From IMG/VR virus record IMGVR_UViG_3300023174_000038, positions 124,001 through 188,000 of that record: a stretch of 64,000 bases of DNA. The stretch is one strand, 5' to 3'. Position numbers and translations under genes: made by a program. Of this stretch, positions 49,873 to 58,395 are shown one piece after another. Each line of letters begins with the position of its first letter. Within the stretch, counting starts at the first letter, position 1. Below the pieces are notes generated by a model, which saw only the letters and a list, made by a program, of their open reading frames with translations, had not been told where the DNA came from and ran no database searches.

Positions 49873-50160
49873 ATGGCACAATTAAGTCGTGTGGGTGATA
49901 CAAATCAGGAAGGTGGCGCAATAATGCGTGGTGCTGATACTGTATTTGCTAATGGAATTAAAGTTGGATTACATGTTAGTCAGCTTACCCCACATGCGCC
50001 TTGGAAGTCAGCAAAAACTCATGCACCACATAAAGTAGCAACAACTACTAGTGGTAGTCCTACTGTATTTTGTGAAGGTGTACCAGTACTCAGAGTGGGG
50101 TCAGGAAACAGTTGCGGTCATAGTATCGTACAAGGTAGTCCTGATATTAATGTTCCATGA
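49873..50160 (+). CDS. PAAR-repeat baseplate spike tip protein (gp5.4-like)
   Basis: SRVGD, GSPTVFCEGVPVLRVG, CGH..VQGSPDI. Confidence 0.85.
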   Translation: MAQLSRVGDTNQEGGAIMRGADTVFANGIKVGLHVSQLTPHAPWKSAKTHAPHKVATTTSGSPTVFCEGVPVLRVGSGNSCGHSIVQGSPDINVP

Positions 50161-51425
50161 GTGATACAGGAAAACAAAGTCCCTTAGGTGTTAACACATT
50201 AAGTTCATTATTACAAAATATTGGATTTAATATTAATCCTATAATGGTAACCTTTACTGGTTCTAGCACCACTGCATCATCCGCTACACAATTAGGTAAA
50301 ATTGTTAATGAAACTTGTTTACGATTACTTACATATGCTATTAATGATGCTTATACTAGAGGTGCACCTAATAGCGGAACAACAGTATCTAATGCTGTAT
50401 ATGATAATTTGATTACTATTGGAGCCAACTCTATTCCTGCATTAGGTAATACTCCACCTACAACATATGATTGGACCGGCTATCCTAATTGGGTATATGA
50501 TACTAGTACAACTCCGCAACCTAATTATAACCATACTAATTCAGTAACTCAATGGGGTTATACTAGATTATTTGCATTGCAAGGTTATAATGAATTTAAT
50601 TACAACAGTGGACTATCAGCCGATAGCGGGGCATATAAAGATTTCTTATCTGGCTTTATGTCATCTTATAGTTTTATTGAATATAGTAATGAGTCTATCT
50701 TAGCAGTACACAATTCACAAGAATTTTTAGATGGTACATATAGTAATATGAACGATTTAATAACGGCTGATATTACCGGTGTTAGTATTGCAACTACCGT
50801 ATTTGGACAAGATTTAATTGCTAGTGGTAAAGCAATAAATTTACAATCAATTGCTACATTTGGTTTGCCTAGTAATTTATTATCTACCCTACAGAAAAAC
50901 AACGCTATTACTAAATCAGTAAGCCTTGCATTGATTGCAAGCAATATAACTGCAACAGAGTTAGAACAGATATTAGGTAATATTTCATCTGTAACTAAAG
51001 ACCAAGAACGTAAAATATACGGAGCATTTGGTATTATATTAGGACAAGATTTAAAAGATGTATTAGTATCATTAAATTGTAAGACCGTAGGGTTAGAATC
51101 ACTAGCAGATTTATTGAATCCGCAAAAGTTATTCCCTAATAGTTATCAAACATTAACCGTACCGGTATATAATACAGTAGGTGGTAATGCAAATAGTAAA
51201 ATATATTATCCTATCTATGTAAATGAAGGATTGAACAGCCAATTAAATTCACCTACAATTGGGTCACAATTAGTAAATGCATCAGCTGGTAAGAGTGTAA
51301 CTGAAGTATCTACCGATACTATCGCCGCACCCGTTTGGGATAACCAAGGTGGAGGCGATGGCGGTGGTGGAGGAGGAGCCGGAGGCGGTGGAGCCGGCGG
51401 TGGCGGCGGTGGAGGTGCAATGTAA
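50157..51425 (+). CDS. Putative virion structural protein
   Basis: ATGA-coupled to the PAAR gene; S/T/N-rich; poly-Gly C-terminus. Confidence 0.5.
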   Translation: MSDTGKQSPLGVNTLSSLLQNIGFNINPIMVTFTGSSTTASSATQLGKIVNETCLRLLTYAINDAYTRGAPNSGTTVSNAVYDNLITIGANSIPALGNTPPTTYDWTGYPNWVYDTSTTPQPNYNHTNSVTQWGYTRLFALQGYNEFNYNSGLSADSGAYKDFLSGFMSSYSFIEYSNESILAVHNSQEFLDGTYSNMNDLITADITGVSIATTVFGQDLIASGKAINLQSIATFGLPSNLLSTLQKNNAITKSVSLALIASNITATELEQILGNISSVTKDQERKIYGAFGIILGQDLKDVLVSLNCKTVGLESLADLLNPQKLFPNSYQTLTVPVYNTVGGNANSKIYYPIYVNEGLNSQLNSPTIGSQLVNASAGKSVTEVSTDTIAAPVWDNQGGGDGGGGGGAGGGGAGGGGGGGAM

Positions 51426-52933
51426 TGGCAGGCTTTTTTCAAAATATAATAAATTTACAAGAGGATAGAAGTGCTCCTCCTAGTAGTGAAGCCTATGCAA
51501 CTACTGGTCCTACGTCTACAGACCAAACAGTAGCAATACCTTCACAAAATAATACATTAACAGTACAAGCTATTCCACAAGGATTTGGTGCATATTTAAG
51601 TGGTATATTGCCACCTGATATTGCTAAAGCAGCCGGCTCATTTAGTGTTTCAATGCAACAGATTAAAAACATTTCTAGTGTGCCTATTGAAAAGTTTGCA
51701 CAAGTAGTTAATAGTTTAGAAACAATTAAAAATTTAAATGTTAATGGTACTAATGTCCCGACTGATACTACATTAGCACAACAGGGATTAGCATTAATTG
51801 CACTAGGTAACGGTCCATTTGGTACTTATACAATGAGTAATTTCTTAGGATGTATGAGTGGATTACCTTATCTTGGTATAGATATTGACGGATTAACAAA
51901 GAATTTACAAACTACTACCCTATCTGATATATATAAAAATCTATATCTAGCAGTTACATGGGAACAAGCAACTGCTACATGGAATGGAACATCTTTTACT
52001 TACACCGATACAGGTGGAGGATATGCAACTGCTCCGGTAGTAACAATAGGTGGTAATCCTGCAACTGCTACAATAGGTACTGATTCTACAGATATAGCTA
52101 CATATGGTAGACTTATATCTATCAGTTATTCTGGTGCAGCCGATACTGTAGTCATAGCTCCTCCTCCCGGTGGCGGCTGGCCAACAATGAATACAGTAGT
52201 TCAAGGTTACATTGATGCGGCTAATGCAGAAATACTAGCAATTAAAAATTCTAAGCCTGCAACTGCACAACAATTAATTACTAATTGGGAATTGACTGGT
52301 ACAATTCTCTCAACTGAACAACGTGCAATTGCTACAGGAATGTCAATTGGTGTACCAAACAGTTCACCCGATCATTTAAGAGAACCAACAATAGCTTCAT
52401 ATCCTACAACACAATATTCGTTTGTAGATAGTATACCACGTTATGCAATGTTCACACAACCACATATGTATTCACAAACATTAGAAGCTATTGCTGATTT
52501 AAATACAGTCGGTGGAAGAAGTCTTGTAGCAATGTTGCGTGAATCTCGCAATCAAGCTAGATTGCAAGAAGCAGGTATACCAGTAGATAATAACATAGAA
52601 AACAAATTAACTAAACAACAAGAAGCAGAGTTAATTGCTAATGGAACATTGGGTGGTAGTGTTCCCGCAACCTTAAAAACTTCATTAGGATCACCTGATC
52701 CGTTTGGATACTATGATCCAATTGATGACCGTTATTATAGTGACGGTGTAGCAATAGATATAGGTGAAGCAGTTGAGCCGGGTAGTTTTGCAGGCTCAAG
52801 ATATAGTAATTTAATACCACCTCAGCTTTCGGTAATATATGCATCTGATGTACTATTACCTGCAACTTATTCCGTACCAGAAGCAATTGATGAAGTAATT
52901 CGTTGTAATTGTGACTGCTGGGATAACATTTAA
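51425..52933 (+). CDS. Putative virion structural protein
   Basis: TAATG-coupled; contains GGGYATAPVVTI sheath/baseplate-type motif; ends CNCDCW. Confidence 0.5.
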   Translation: MAGFFQNIINLQEDRSAPPSSEAYATTGPTSTDQTVAIPSQNNTLTVQAIPQGFGAYLSGILPPDIAKAAGSFSVSMQQIKNISSVPIEKFAQVVNSLETIKNLNVNGTNVPTDTTLAQQGLALIALGNGPFGTYTMSNFLGCMSGLPYLGIDIDGLTKNLQTTTLSDIYKNLYLAVTWEQATATWNGTSFTYTDTGGGYATAPVVTIGGNPATATIGTDSTDIATYGRLISISYSGAADTVVIAPPPGGGWPTMNTVVQGYIDAANAEILAIKNSKPATAQQLITNWELTGTILSTEQRAIATGMSIGVPNSSPDHLREPTIASYPTTQYSFVDSIPRYAMFTQPHMYSQTLEAIADLNTVGGRSLVAMLRESRNQARLQEAGIPVDNNIENKLTKQQEAELIANGTLGGSVPATLKTSLGSPDPFGYYDPIDDRYYSDGVAIDIGEAVEPGSFAGSRYSNLIPPQLSVIYASDVLLPATYSVPEAIDEVIRCNCDCWDNI

Positions 52934-52961
52934 ATTCTCTATAGTTTGGAAAGGAAAACTT

Positions 52962-53549
52962 ATGAATTTGAGCCAACCTATTAAAATTTTAGTAGTACTA
53001 CTACTGTTAACCGTATTACTTACATTTGACCAATTAATAGTAGAAAATACTATTGTAGAAGAAACTAAGGTAGCAAAAATAGTAGATCCAAAACAATTAA
53101 ACTGTTTAGCAAAAAACATATTTTATGAAGCTGGTAGCGAACCATTGAATGGTCAAGCGGCAGTAGCACGGGTAGTGATGAATAGAATAGCACATGGTTT
53201 TGGTAAAAACCCCTGTGCAGTGGTATATCAAACTACACATGTGGATAAACTTGTAGATGATGAAGTACAAAAAGTTAAACTATGTCAGTTTAGTTGGGTA
53301 TGTGAGGGTAAGGGCGACCCAAATAAAAACAGTACAAAATACAAACAAGCTGAACAAGTGGCATATGATGTACTAGCATATGACGCATACAAAGATGTAA
53401 TACCTAAATCAGCACTATTTTTTCATAATTTAAGTGTAGACCCATTATGGCCCTATAAACAAGTAGCTAAAATTGGTAATCATATATTCTATAGTAAGGC
53501 TAAAAAGCCTACCCAAAATACTGTTACTAAATCAGAAAATAATATATAA
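52962..53549 (+). CDS. Cell wall hydrolase, SleB/Hydrolase_2 family, with N-terminal hydrophobic anchor
   Basis: CLAKNIFYEA..E...GQ.AVA.VVMNR, CQFSW, IGNHIFY; AAGGA RBS before ATG 52962. Confidence 0.88.
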   Translation: MNLSQPIKILVVLLLLTVLLTFDQLIVENTIVEETKVAKIVDPKQLNCLAKNIFYEAGSEPLNGQAAVARVVMNRIAHGFGKNPCAVVYQTTHVDKLVDDEVQKVKLCQFSWVCEGKGDPNKNSTKYKQAEQVAYDVLAYDAYKDVIPKSALFFHNLSVDPLWPYKQVAKIGNHIFYSKAKKPTQNTVTKSENNI

Positions 53550-53555
53550 TAGCTA

Positions 53556-54032
53556 ATGAGTGACAAACCAAATTCAGCTAACGGTGTCAGTAGTTATGAT
53601 TCTACTGGTACCGGATCACTAATTCATTTTTTTAATCGTAATGTTACACCCTACGCTACGGAATCTAGTGGGCCTAAATTTGATTTAGTACCCGTTGAGA
53701 AGCATAAAGATATTATGCTTAATGTTGCAAGATTACATGCCAAGCAAGAATATGATAGAATTATGGAGCTTGTTGCTGTATTACAGAAACAAGCTGAACA
53801 GATTAAACATAGATTAGACTTAACTGATATGGTTCACGCAGCCAAATATGACTTTCAATTATTCAATGGACAAATATATTGGTTGTTATACGACCATAGA
53901 AAACAATTTACTAGATTAAGTATTAATGGTCCCAATGATTGGTCAACTGGTAAACCTGTTGATTATGAATATATATGTAAAGTTAAATGGTTAGGTGACC
54001 ACACTTGGATAGAGGTAGAAGATGATAAGTAG
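53556..54032 (+). CDS. DUF2452-like protein
   Basis: PY....GPKF, coiled coil, A.Y.F...GQIYWL...LS..P..W...D.TW pattern. Confidence 0.6.
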   Translation: MSDKPNSANGVSSYDSTGTGSLIHFFNRNVTPYATESSGPKFDLVPVEKHKDIMLNVARLHAKQEYDRIMELVAVLQKQAEQIKHRLDLTDMVHAAKYDFQLFNGQIYWLLYDHRKQFTRLSINGPNDWSTGKPVDYEYICKVKWLGDHTWIEVEDDK

Positions 54033-54585
54033 TAGTCCAGAAAAACATACCTTTCAGAAAGAAGGTTATGTTAAACGTTGTGAAGAAGAAGGAAAGTTGC
54101 CTAATCCTGACTATATTGAAATGTATAAGTCTTGGAAACAGCAAACATTAGAACTTGAAGAATCTGATGAGTGGAAAGTAGATAACATGGAGTATGACCT
54201 ACGTTCTACTCAATGGATCATTGACAAAGTAAAGGCTGATGATGTATATGCACAACATCTTTATGCTTCTATGTGTAACAATGATTTCACTAAGAATGAT
54301 GTATGGCCTATATTAACTGAGAAAAAATGGAGTTGTAGTTGGAGACATGCCGGCGGTATAATTGCTGATATGCAAGAGAAGGGCGACTATATTGATTGGT
54401 ATTGTTCTGGTATTAAAGATAGTAAGATACTAGATGATGATGAATTTCGTGCCCTTACTAAAGAACAACAAGAATCGTACATTCAAGGTAAAAAGTTTGT
54501 TCCAGAAAGTTGTGTAACTGATGAGATACGAGAAGATTTGTTAAAGTTGGGTTGGATTGTAATTGATGATAAAGAAGAATACTAA
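54022..54585 (+). CDS. Conserved hypothetical phage protein
   Basis: YAQHLYASMCNN, WSCSWR..GGIIA and YIDWYCSG motifs. Confidence 0.6.
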   Translation: MISSSPEKHTFQKEGYVKRCEEEGKLPNPDYIEMYKSWKQQTLELEESDEWKVDNMEYDLRSTQWIIDKVKADDVYAQHLYASMCNNDFTKNDVWPILTEKKWSCSWRHAGGIIADMQEKGDYIDWYCSGIKDSKILDDDEFRALTKEQQESYIQGKKFVPESCVTDEIREDLLKLGWIVIDDKEEY

Positions 54586-54610
54586 ATACAATACATACAA
54601 GGAGTATATT

Positions 54611-54727
54611 ATGTTAGAAACATTATTTTGGTTAGCACTAGGTGCTTTTATTGGTTGGAATTTCCCTCAACCTCAGTTTGCAAAGAACATTCAAACAAAA
54701 ATTTTAACTATGTTCAAAAAGGATTAA
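54611..54727 (+). CDS. Small membrane protein (38 aa), absent from the ORF track
   Basis: AAGGAG RBS; MLETLFWLALGAFIGWNFPQPQFAKNIQTKILTMFKKD; TAAATA upstream. Confidence 0.7.
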   Translation: MLETLFWLALGAFIGWNFPQPQFAKNIQTKILTMFKKD

Positions 54728-54765
54728 TAACCCTCACAAACGGGAGCACCTAGATAAATAGTTAT

Positions 54766-55371
54766 ATGAAAAATAAATATGGCTTATTAGTGTATTGCTC
54801 GCATTGTGGAACTGAGTTTGTAACTAAACCTAGATTTTTAGAGTTTTGTTCAACTCCTTGTAAAAACCCGATCAATCGTGTAGGTAATATACCTTGGAAC
54901 AAGGGTATAAAAATGACACCTGATCAGGTGTCCAAATTAAACACAAAAGGTCTTAAAAAGGGTCACGGATGGAACAAGGGGAAAGATAATCCAAGACAAA
55001 AAGAAAAATGGACTGGCTCATCAAATCCAAATTGGGAAGGAAAATTAAACAATCAAAGGCCTAAAAAACAAATAAATGATGAATTAGTTAAATACAAGAG
55101 GGAATGTAGGAAAGCAACTCGCCGGTCTCTATACAGACTTAGAAAGCAAAATTTAATGCCAGTCACTGGCAAAAAGAAAACAGATATTCAAGTAGATCAT
55201 ATCATACCCTTTAGACAGGGATATGAACTTAAAATTGACCCTATAATTATAGGACATCTATGCAATTTAAGATTTATAACAGGTGAAGAAAACAGAAAGA
55301 AATGGGATACGTTTCAATCTGAGGAAATAATTAATAATATATTGGAGAACTATAATGGCATATTCAGATAA
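54766..55371 (+). CDS. HNH homing endonuclease with Zn-finger and NUMOD3-like N-terminus
   Basis: CSHC...FCS..C, PWNKG repeats, QVDHIIP...NLRFI...EN..K; overlaps the iscU start by 17 nt. Confidence 0.85.
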   Translation: MKNKYGLLVYCSHCGTEFVTKPRFLEFCSTPCKNPINRVGNIPWNKGIKMTPDQVSKLNTKGLKKGHGWNKGKDNPRQKEKWTGSSNPNWEGKLNNQRPKKQINDELVKYKRECRKATRRSLYRLRKQNLMPVTGKKKTDIQVDHIIPFRQGYELKIDPIIIGHLCNLRFITGEENRKKWDTFQSEEIINNILENYNGIFR

Positions 55372-55753
55372 AGTGGTTGACCACTACGAAAACCCACGAA
55401 ATGTGGGAACTTTTAATAAGGAGGACACGCACGTTGGGACTGGTATGGTAGGAGCCCCGGCGTGTGGTTAGTTAGGTGATGTAATGAAACTCCAAATAAA
55501 AGTAAATAAAGAAACAGGAATTATAACAGATGCCAAATTTAAAACATATGGGTGTGGGTCGGCAATTGCTTCTTCAAGTCTTGTCACAGACTGGGTCAAG
55601 GGTAAAACATTGGATGAAGCAACATCCATTAAAAACTCCCATATTGCCGACGAACTCAGCCTCCCCCCAGTCAAAATCCACTGCAGTATCCTCGCCGAAG
55701 ACGCCATCAAAGCCGCAGTAGAAGATTATAGAAAGAAGTATAATGGCCAATAA
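55355..55753 (+). CDS. iscU: Fe-S cluster scaffold IscU, interrupted by a 9-nt in-frame insertion containing TAG
   Basis: GGAGA RBS, ATG 55355: MAYSDKVVDHYENPRNVG...GMVGAPACG*LGDVMKLQIKV...GCGSAIASSS...LPPVKIHCS. The ORF track shows only the part from 55484. Confidence 0.92.
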
Positions 55754-56045
55754 ATTAGCAAAATTTTTAAACTCACAACGCCGTCATCGGGACGAACTAG
55801 CAGTTAAGAAACAAGTTAAGATAGCAAAAGCACACGGATTAACAAATAAAGATAAAGCAATAAAAGAACCACATAGATTAGCAAAACATCATGCTATGGA
55901 TTGTGGTATCCCAGGATGTCCTTTATGTAGTAACCCACGTAGGTCACATAAAGACAAACTTACAGCACAAGAGAAACGTTTGTTTCAGGACGTTGAGAAA
56001 ACGACAGATAAACACAGTAACGGATTACCACCTAGTAACGAATAA
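55743..56045 (+). CDS. Small basic hypothetical protein with CxxxxCxxC motif
   Basis: HAMDCGIPGCPLCSNPR. Confidence 0.6.
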   Translation: MANKLAKFLNSQRRHRDELAVKKQVKIAKAHGLTNKDKAIKEPHRLAKHHAMDCGIPGCPLCSNPRRSHKDKLTAQEKRLFQDVEKTTDKHSNGLPPSNE

Positions 56046-56061
56046 GTTACCCGTTTCAATG

Positions 56062-56069
56062 TATAAATA
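56062..56069 (+). promoter_or_regulatory. T4-type late promoter upstream of ahpC
   Basis: Intergenic TATAAATA followed by an 8-bp hairpin. Confidence 0.65.
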
Positions 56070-56118
56070 ATATTGAGTATGTTATACTCAAACAGACTAT
56101 TACACACAAGGAGAAAAT

Positions 56119-56694
56119 ATGAAAACAGTCGGAGATAAATTAACAGCATTTGCAATTACAGGTGTCAAACCAGGACAACCAGAAGATGCATACTTCACAA
56201 TTACAGAGAAATCATTTGAAGGTAAGTGGAAAGTAATCGTTTACTATCCAAAAGACTTTACATTTGTATGTCCTACAGAAATTGTAGCCTATGACAAGTT
56301 GACTACGGACTTTGCTGACCGTGATGCAGTATTGCTCACAGGATCAACAGACAATGAGTTCTGTAAGACTGCTTGGCAAAAAGCACATCCTGACTTAGCA
56401 AAGATTAGTCATACTCAGTTTGCTGACACACAACGCCGTAGCAGTGAGTATAATGAAGACACCGGACGCTATGAAAACTTCAGTCTGATTGAACAATTAG
56501 GTGTATTCTATGCCCCCGCTGGTGCGGCACTACGTGCAACATTTATTGTTGATCCACAAAATGTTATTCAACATATTACAGTTAACAACTTAGATGTTGG
56601 TCGTAACCCAGAAGAAACATTGCGTGTATTAGATGCATTACAAACTGGCGAACTATGTCCATGTAATCGTGCTATCGGTGGAGAAACACTATAA
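56119..56694 (+). CDS. ahpC: Peroxiredoxin (alkyl hydroperoxide reductase C)
   Basis: YPKDFTFVCPTE, RATFIVDP, VGRNPEETLR, LCPC. Confidence 0.93.
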   Translation: MKTVGDKLTAFAITGVKPGQPEDAYFTITEKSFEGKWKVIVYYPKDFTFVCPTEIVAYDKLTTDFADRDAVLLTGSTDNEFCKTAWQKAHPDLAKISHTQFADTQRRSSEYNEDTGRYENFSLIEQLGVFYAPAGAALRATFIVDPQNVIQHITVNNLDVGRNPEETLRVLDALQTGELCPCNRAIGGETL

Positions 56695-57233
56695 TGAATC
56701 CAATCACCTTAAATGGTGATTGGGTACAATCTGTAAAAGATAGTATTCCAGATCACTCTAAAGACATTAAACTAAACATTGATGCAGTTATTAATCGTTC
56801 AGGATTAGATCCAGTTGATACACATGCTATTGCTTATGTATCAGCATTAGCCGCAGGCAATGGTGGTTTAGCATTTGAGATTGAGCATAACAGTCCATTG
56901 TTTAGTAACGAAGCAGAGCGTGAAGCCGCAAAGACAGCCGCAAGTTTGATGGGTCAAAACAATATTTGGTATCCATTTACTGAGATGGCTAATGACGAAT
57001 CAATGAAGGGTTTACCAGCTAGTTTGCGTATGAATGCTTATGCAACTCACGGTGGTGTATCTAAGAAGAAATTTGAAATGTATTCATTAGCCGCAAGTAT
57101 TATTGGTAAATGTCATTTCTGTGTGAAAGCACATTATGATACATTAAAGAAAGAAGGCATGACTACACAAGAGTTGATGGCTATTGGCCGTATTGCTGCC
57201 GTAGTTAATGCTATAGGTAAAGTATCTATTTAA
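56694..57233 (+). CDS. ahpD: Alkyl hydroperoxide reductase D (carboxymuconolactone decarboxylase fold)
   Basis: KDIKLN, AASLMGQNNIWY, LRMN, FEMYSLAAS..GKCHFCVKAH; TAATG-coupled to ahpC. Confidence 0.9.
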   Translation: MNPITLNGDWVQSVKDSIPDHSKDIKLNIDAVINRSGLDPVDTHAIAYVSALAAGNGGLAFEIEHNSPLFSNEAEREAAKTAASLMGQNNIWYPFTEMANDESMKGLPASLRMNAYATHGGVSKKKFEMYSLAASIIGKCHFCVKAHYDTLKKEGMTTQELMAIGRIAAVVNAIGKVSI

Positions 57234-57825
57234 TTAAATTCCAATCAAAATCAAACGATGAATCAAGTTTTTCATACATGATCCATTGTTTTGTGTATTG
57301 AATAGTAACAGGGAACTCCAGTTCATTCACTCCATTATAAAATATGTGATGTGACTGTCTAGGAGTTCTTTTTTCGCCAAAACGAATACGTTGCCATATT
57401 TTAGGCATGTTCTTATTATAATCATTAAAGCAAATAGCAATAGCTTTAAATTTGTTCTCAATAGCCCATGCTTTTTCTGTAGGTAATAACATCTCTCTTG
57501 CTACTGAGTTATTCCTATAATCTTTATGAATCCAAGTTCTTGTTCCACCAATTGCTAGTTCAGGACAAAATGTACTTGTGTATACACCGCTACAACCTAC
57601 TATAGTATCATTATCAAACACAATATGATATTTTCCATCTATCTTAAATCTGTCAGTCTTTTCTAATAGATATGGTAATGTACTGTTTTTATTAATCCAA
57701 TCATCATCCCACATATTAACATGTGCGGGTTGTGTTGTTTCTTTACTTGCATCTTTAAGAAAGTCAAAGAAAGCGTTATGTTGGTGATGAGTTAAATCAG
57801 AATAGGATACTATTTTGTATTGCAT
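57226..57825 (-). CDS. GNAT-fold acyltransferase-like protein
   Basis: IVGCSGV...RTWIHKDYRNNSVA resembles the acyl-CoA binding motif; likely start MQYKIV at 57825. Confidence 0.5.
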   Translation of the reverse strand: MQYKIVSYSDLTHHQHNAFFDFLKDASKETTQPAHVNMWDDDWINKNSTLPYLLEKTDRFKIDGKYHIVFDNDTIVGCSGVYTSTFCPELAIGGTRTWIHKDYRNNSVAREMLLPTEKAWAIENKFKAIAICFNDYNKNMPKIWQRIRFGEKRTPRQSHHIFYNGVNELEFPVTIQYTKQWIMYEKLDSSFDFDWNLIK

Positions 57826-57829
57826 AAGA

Positions 57830-57841
57830 TATTTATAAATA
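57830..57841. promoter_or_regulatory. Bidirectional T4-type late promoter (palindromic TATTTATAAATA)
   Basis: TATAAATA on both strands between divergent ATGs at 57825 (-) and 57847 (+). Confidence 0.7.
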
Positions 57842-57846
57842 CTTGT

Positions 57847-58395
57847 ATGCAATACTATAAAAAGATAGATATAGATTACTATGATGACATAGTAAATGAT
57901 ACCTTAAAATATCTCAAAGAACAAAAGCCAAATATTTATAATAAAACGCTTGAGGCTACATACTATGTACTTGATTTAAATGAGTTTAAAAAACATTGTC
58001 CTAAACTAGATTTAGGATTTGCAAAATACAATTTAGTATGTAATTTTGCAGTAGCATTTGTTATGCACAACTCTATGGATGTAAAAATACATATTGATAA
58101 TTATTCAATGGGTGTCGCTAGAATAAACATACCTATATTAAACACAAAAAATACGTTTACTAGATTTTTTACAGGCGGTGAATTTACTAAGATTACAAAC
58201 CCTTTAACTAATATAACCGCATTACGTTTAACAGGGCCAAAAGACCTACAGTTTGTAGATAAAGTAGAGATTGACCAACCTACTGTTATTCGTGTAAATG
58301 AACCACACGATATAGTCAAATTAAATAAAGAAATTCCTAGAATTACACTTACATTGGGATTTGATAAAGATCCTGTATTCTTACTAGAAGATTAA
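57847..58395 (+). CDS. DSBH/2OG-Fe(II) oxygenase-like protein
   Basis: IHID...RINIPI...EPHDI...RITLT (HxD...H...R); likely start MQYYKK at 57847. Confidence 0.55.
   Translation: MQYYKKIDIDYYDDIVNDTLKYLKEQKPNIYNKTLEATYYVLDLNEFKKHCPKLDLGFAKYNLVCNFAVAFVMHNSMDVKIHIDNYSMGVARINIPILNTKNTFTRFFTGGEFTKITNPLTNITALRLTGPKDLQFVDKVEIDQPTVIRVNEPHDIVKLNKEIPRITLTLGFDKDPVFLLED

Noticed and set aside
55467-55475. The iscU insert can be written as GTTAGTTAG, a GT...AG intron
   Set aside because: Nine nt is too short for spliceosomal splicing and the context is a bacteriophage. No register gives both the exon-terminal U and intron-terminal G of a group I intron.
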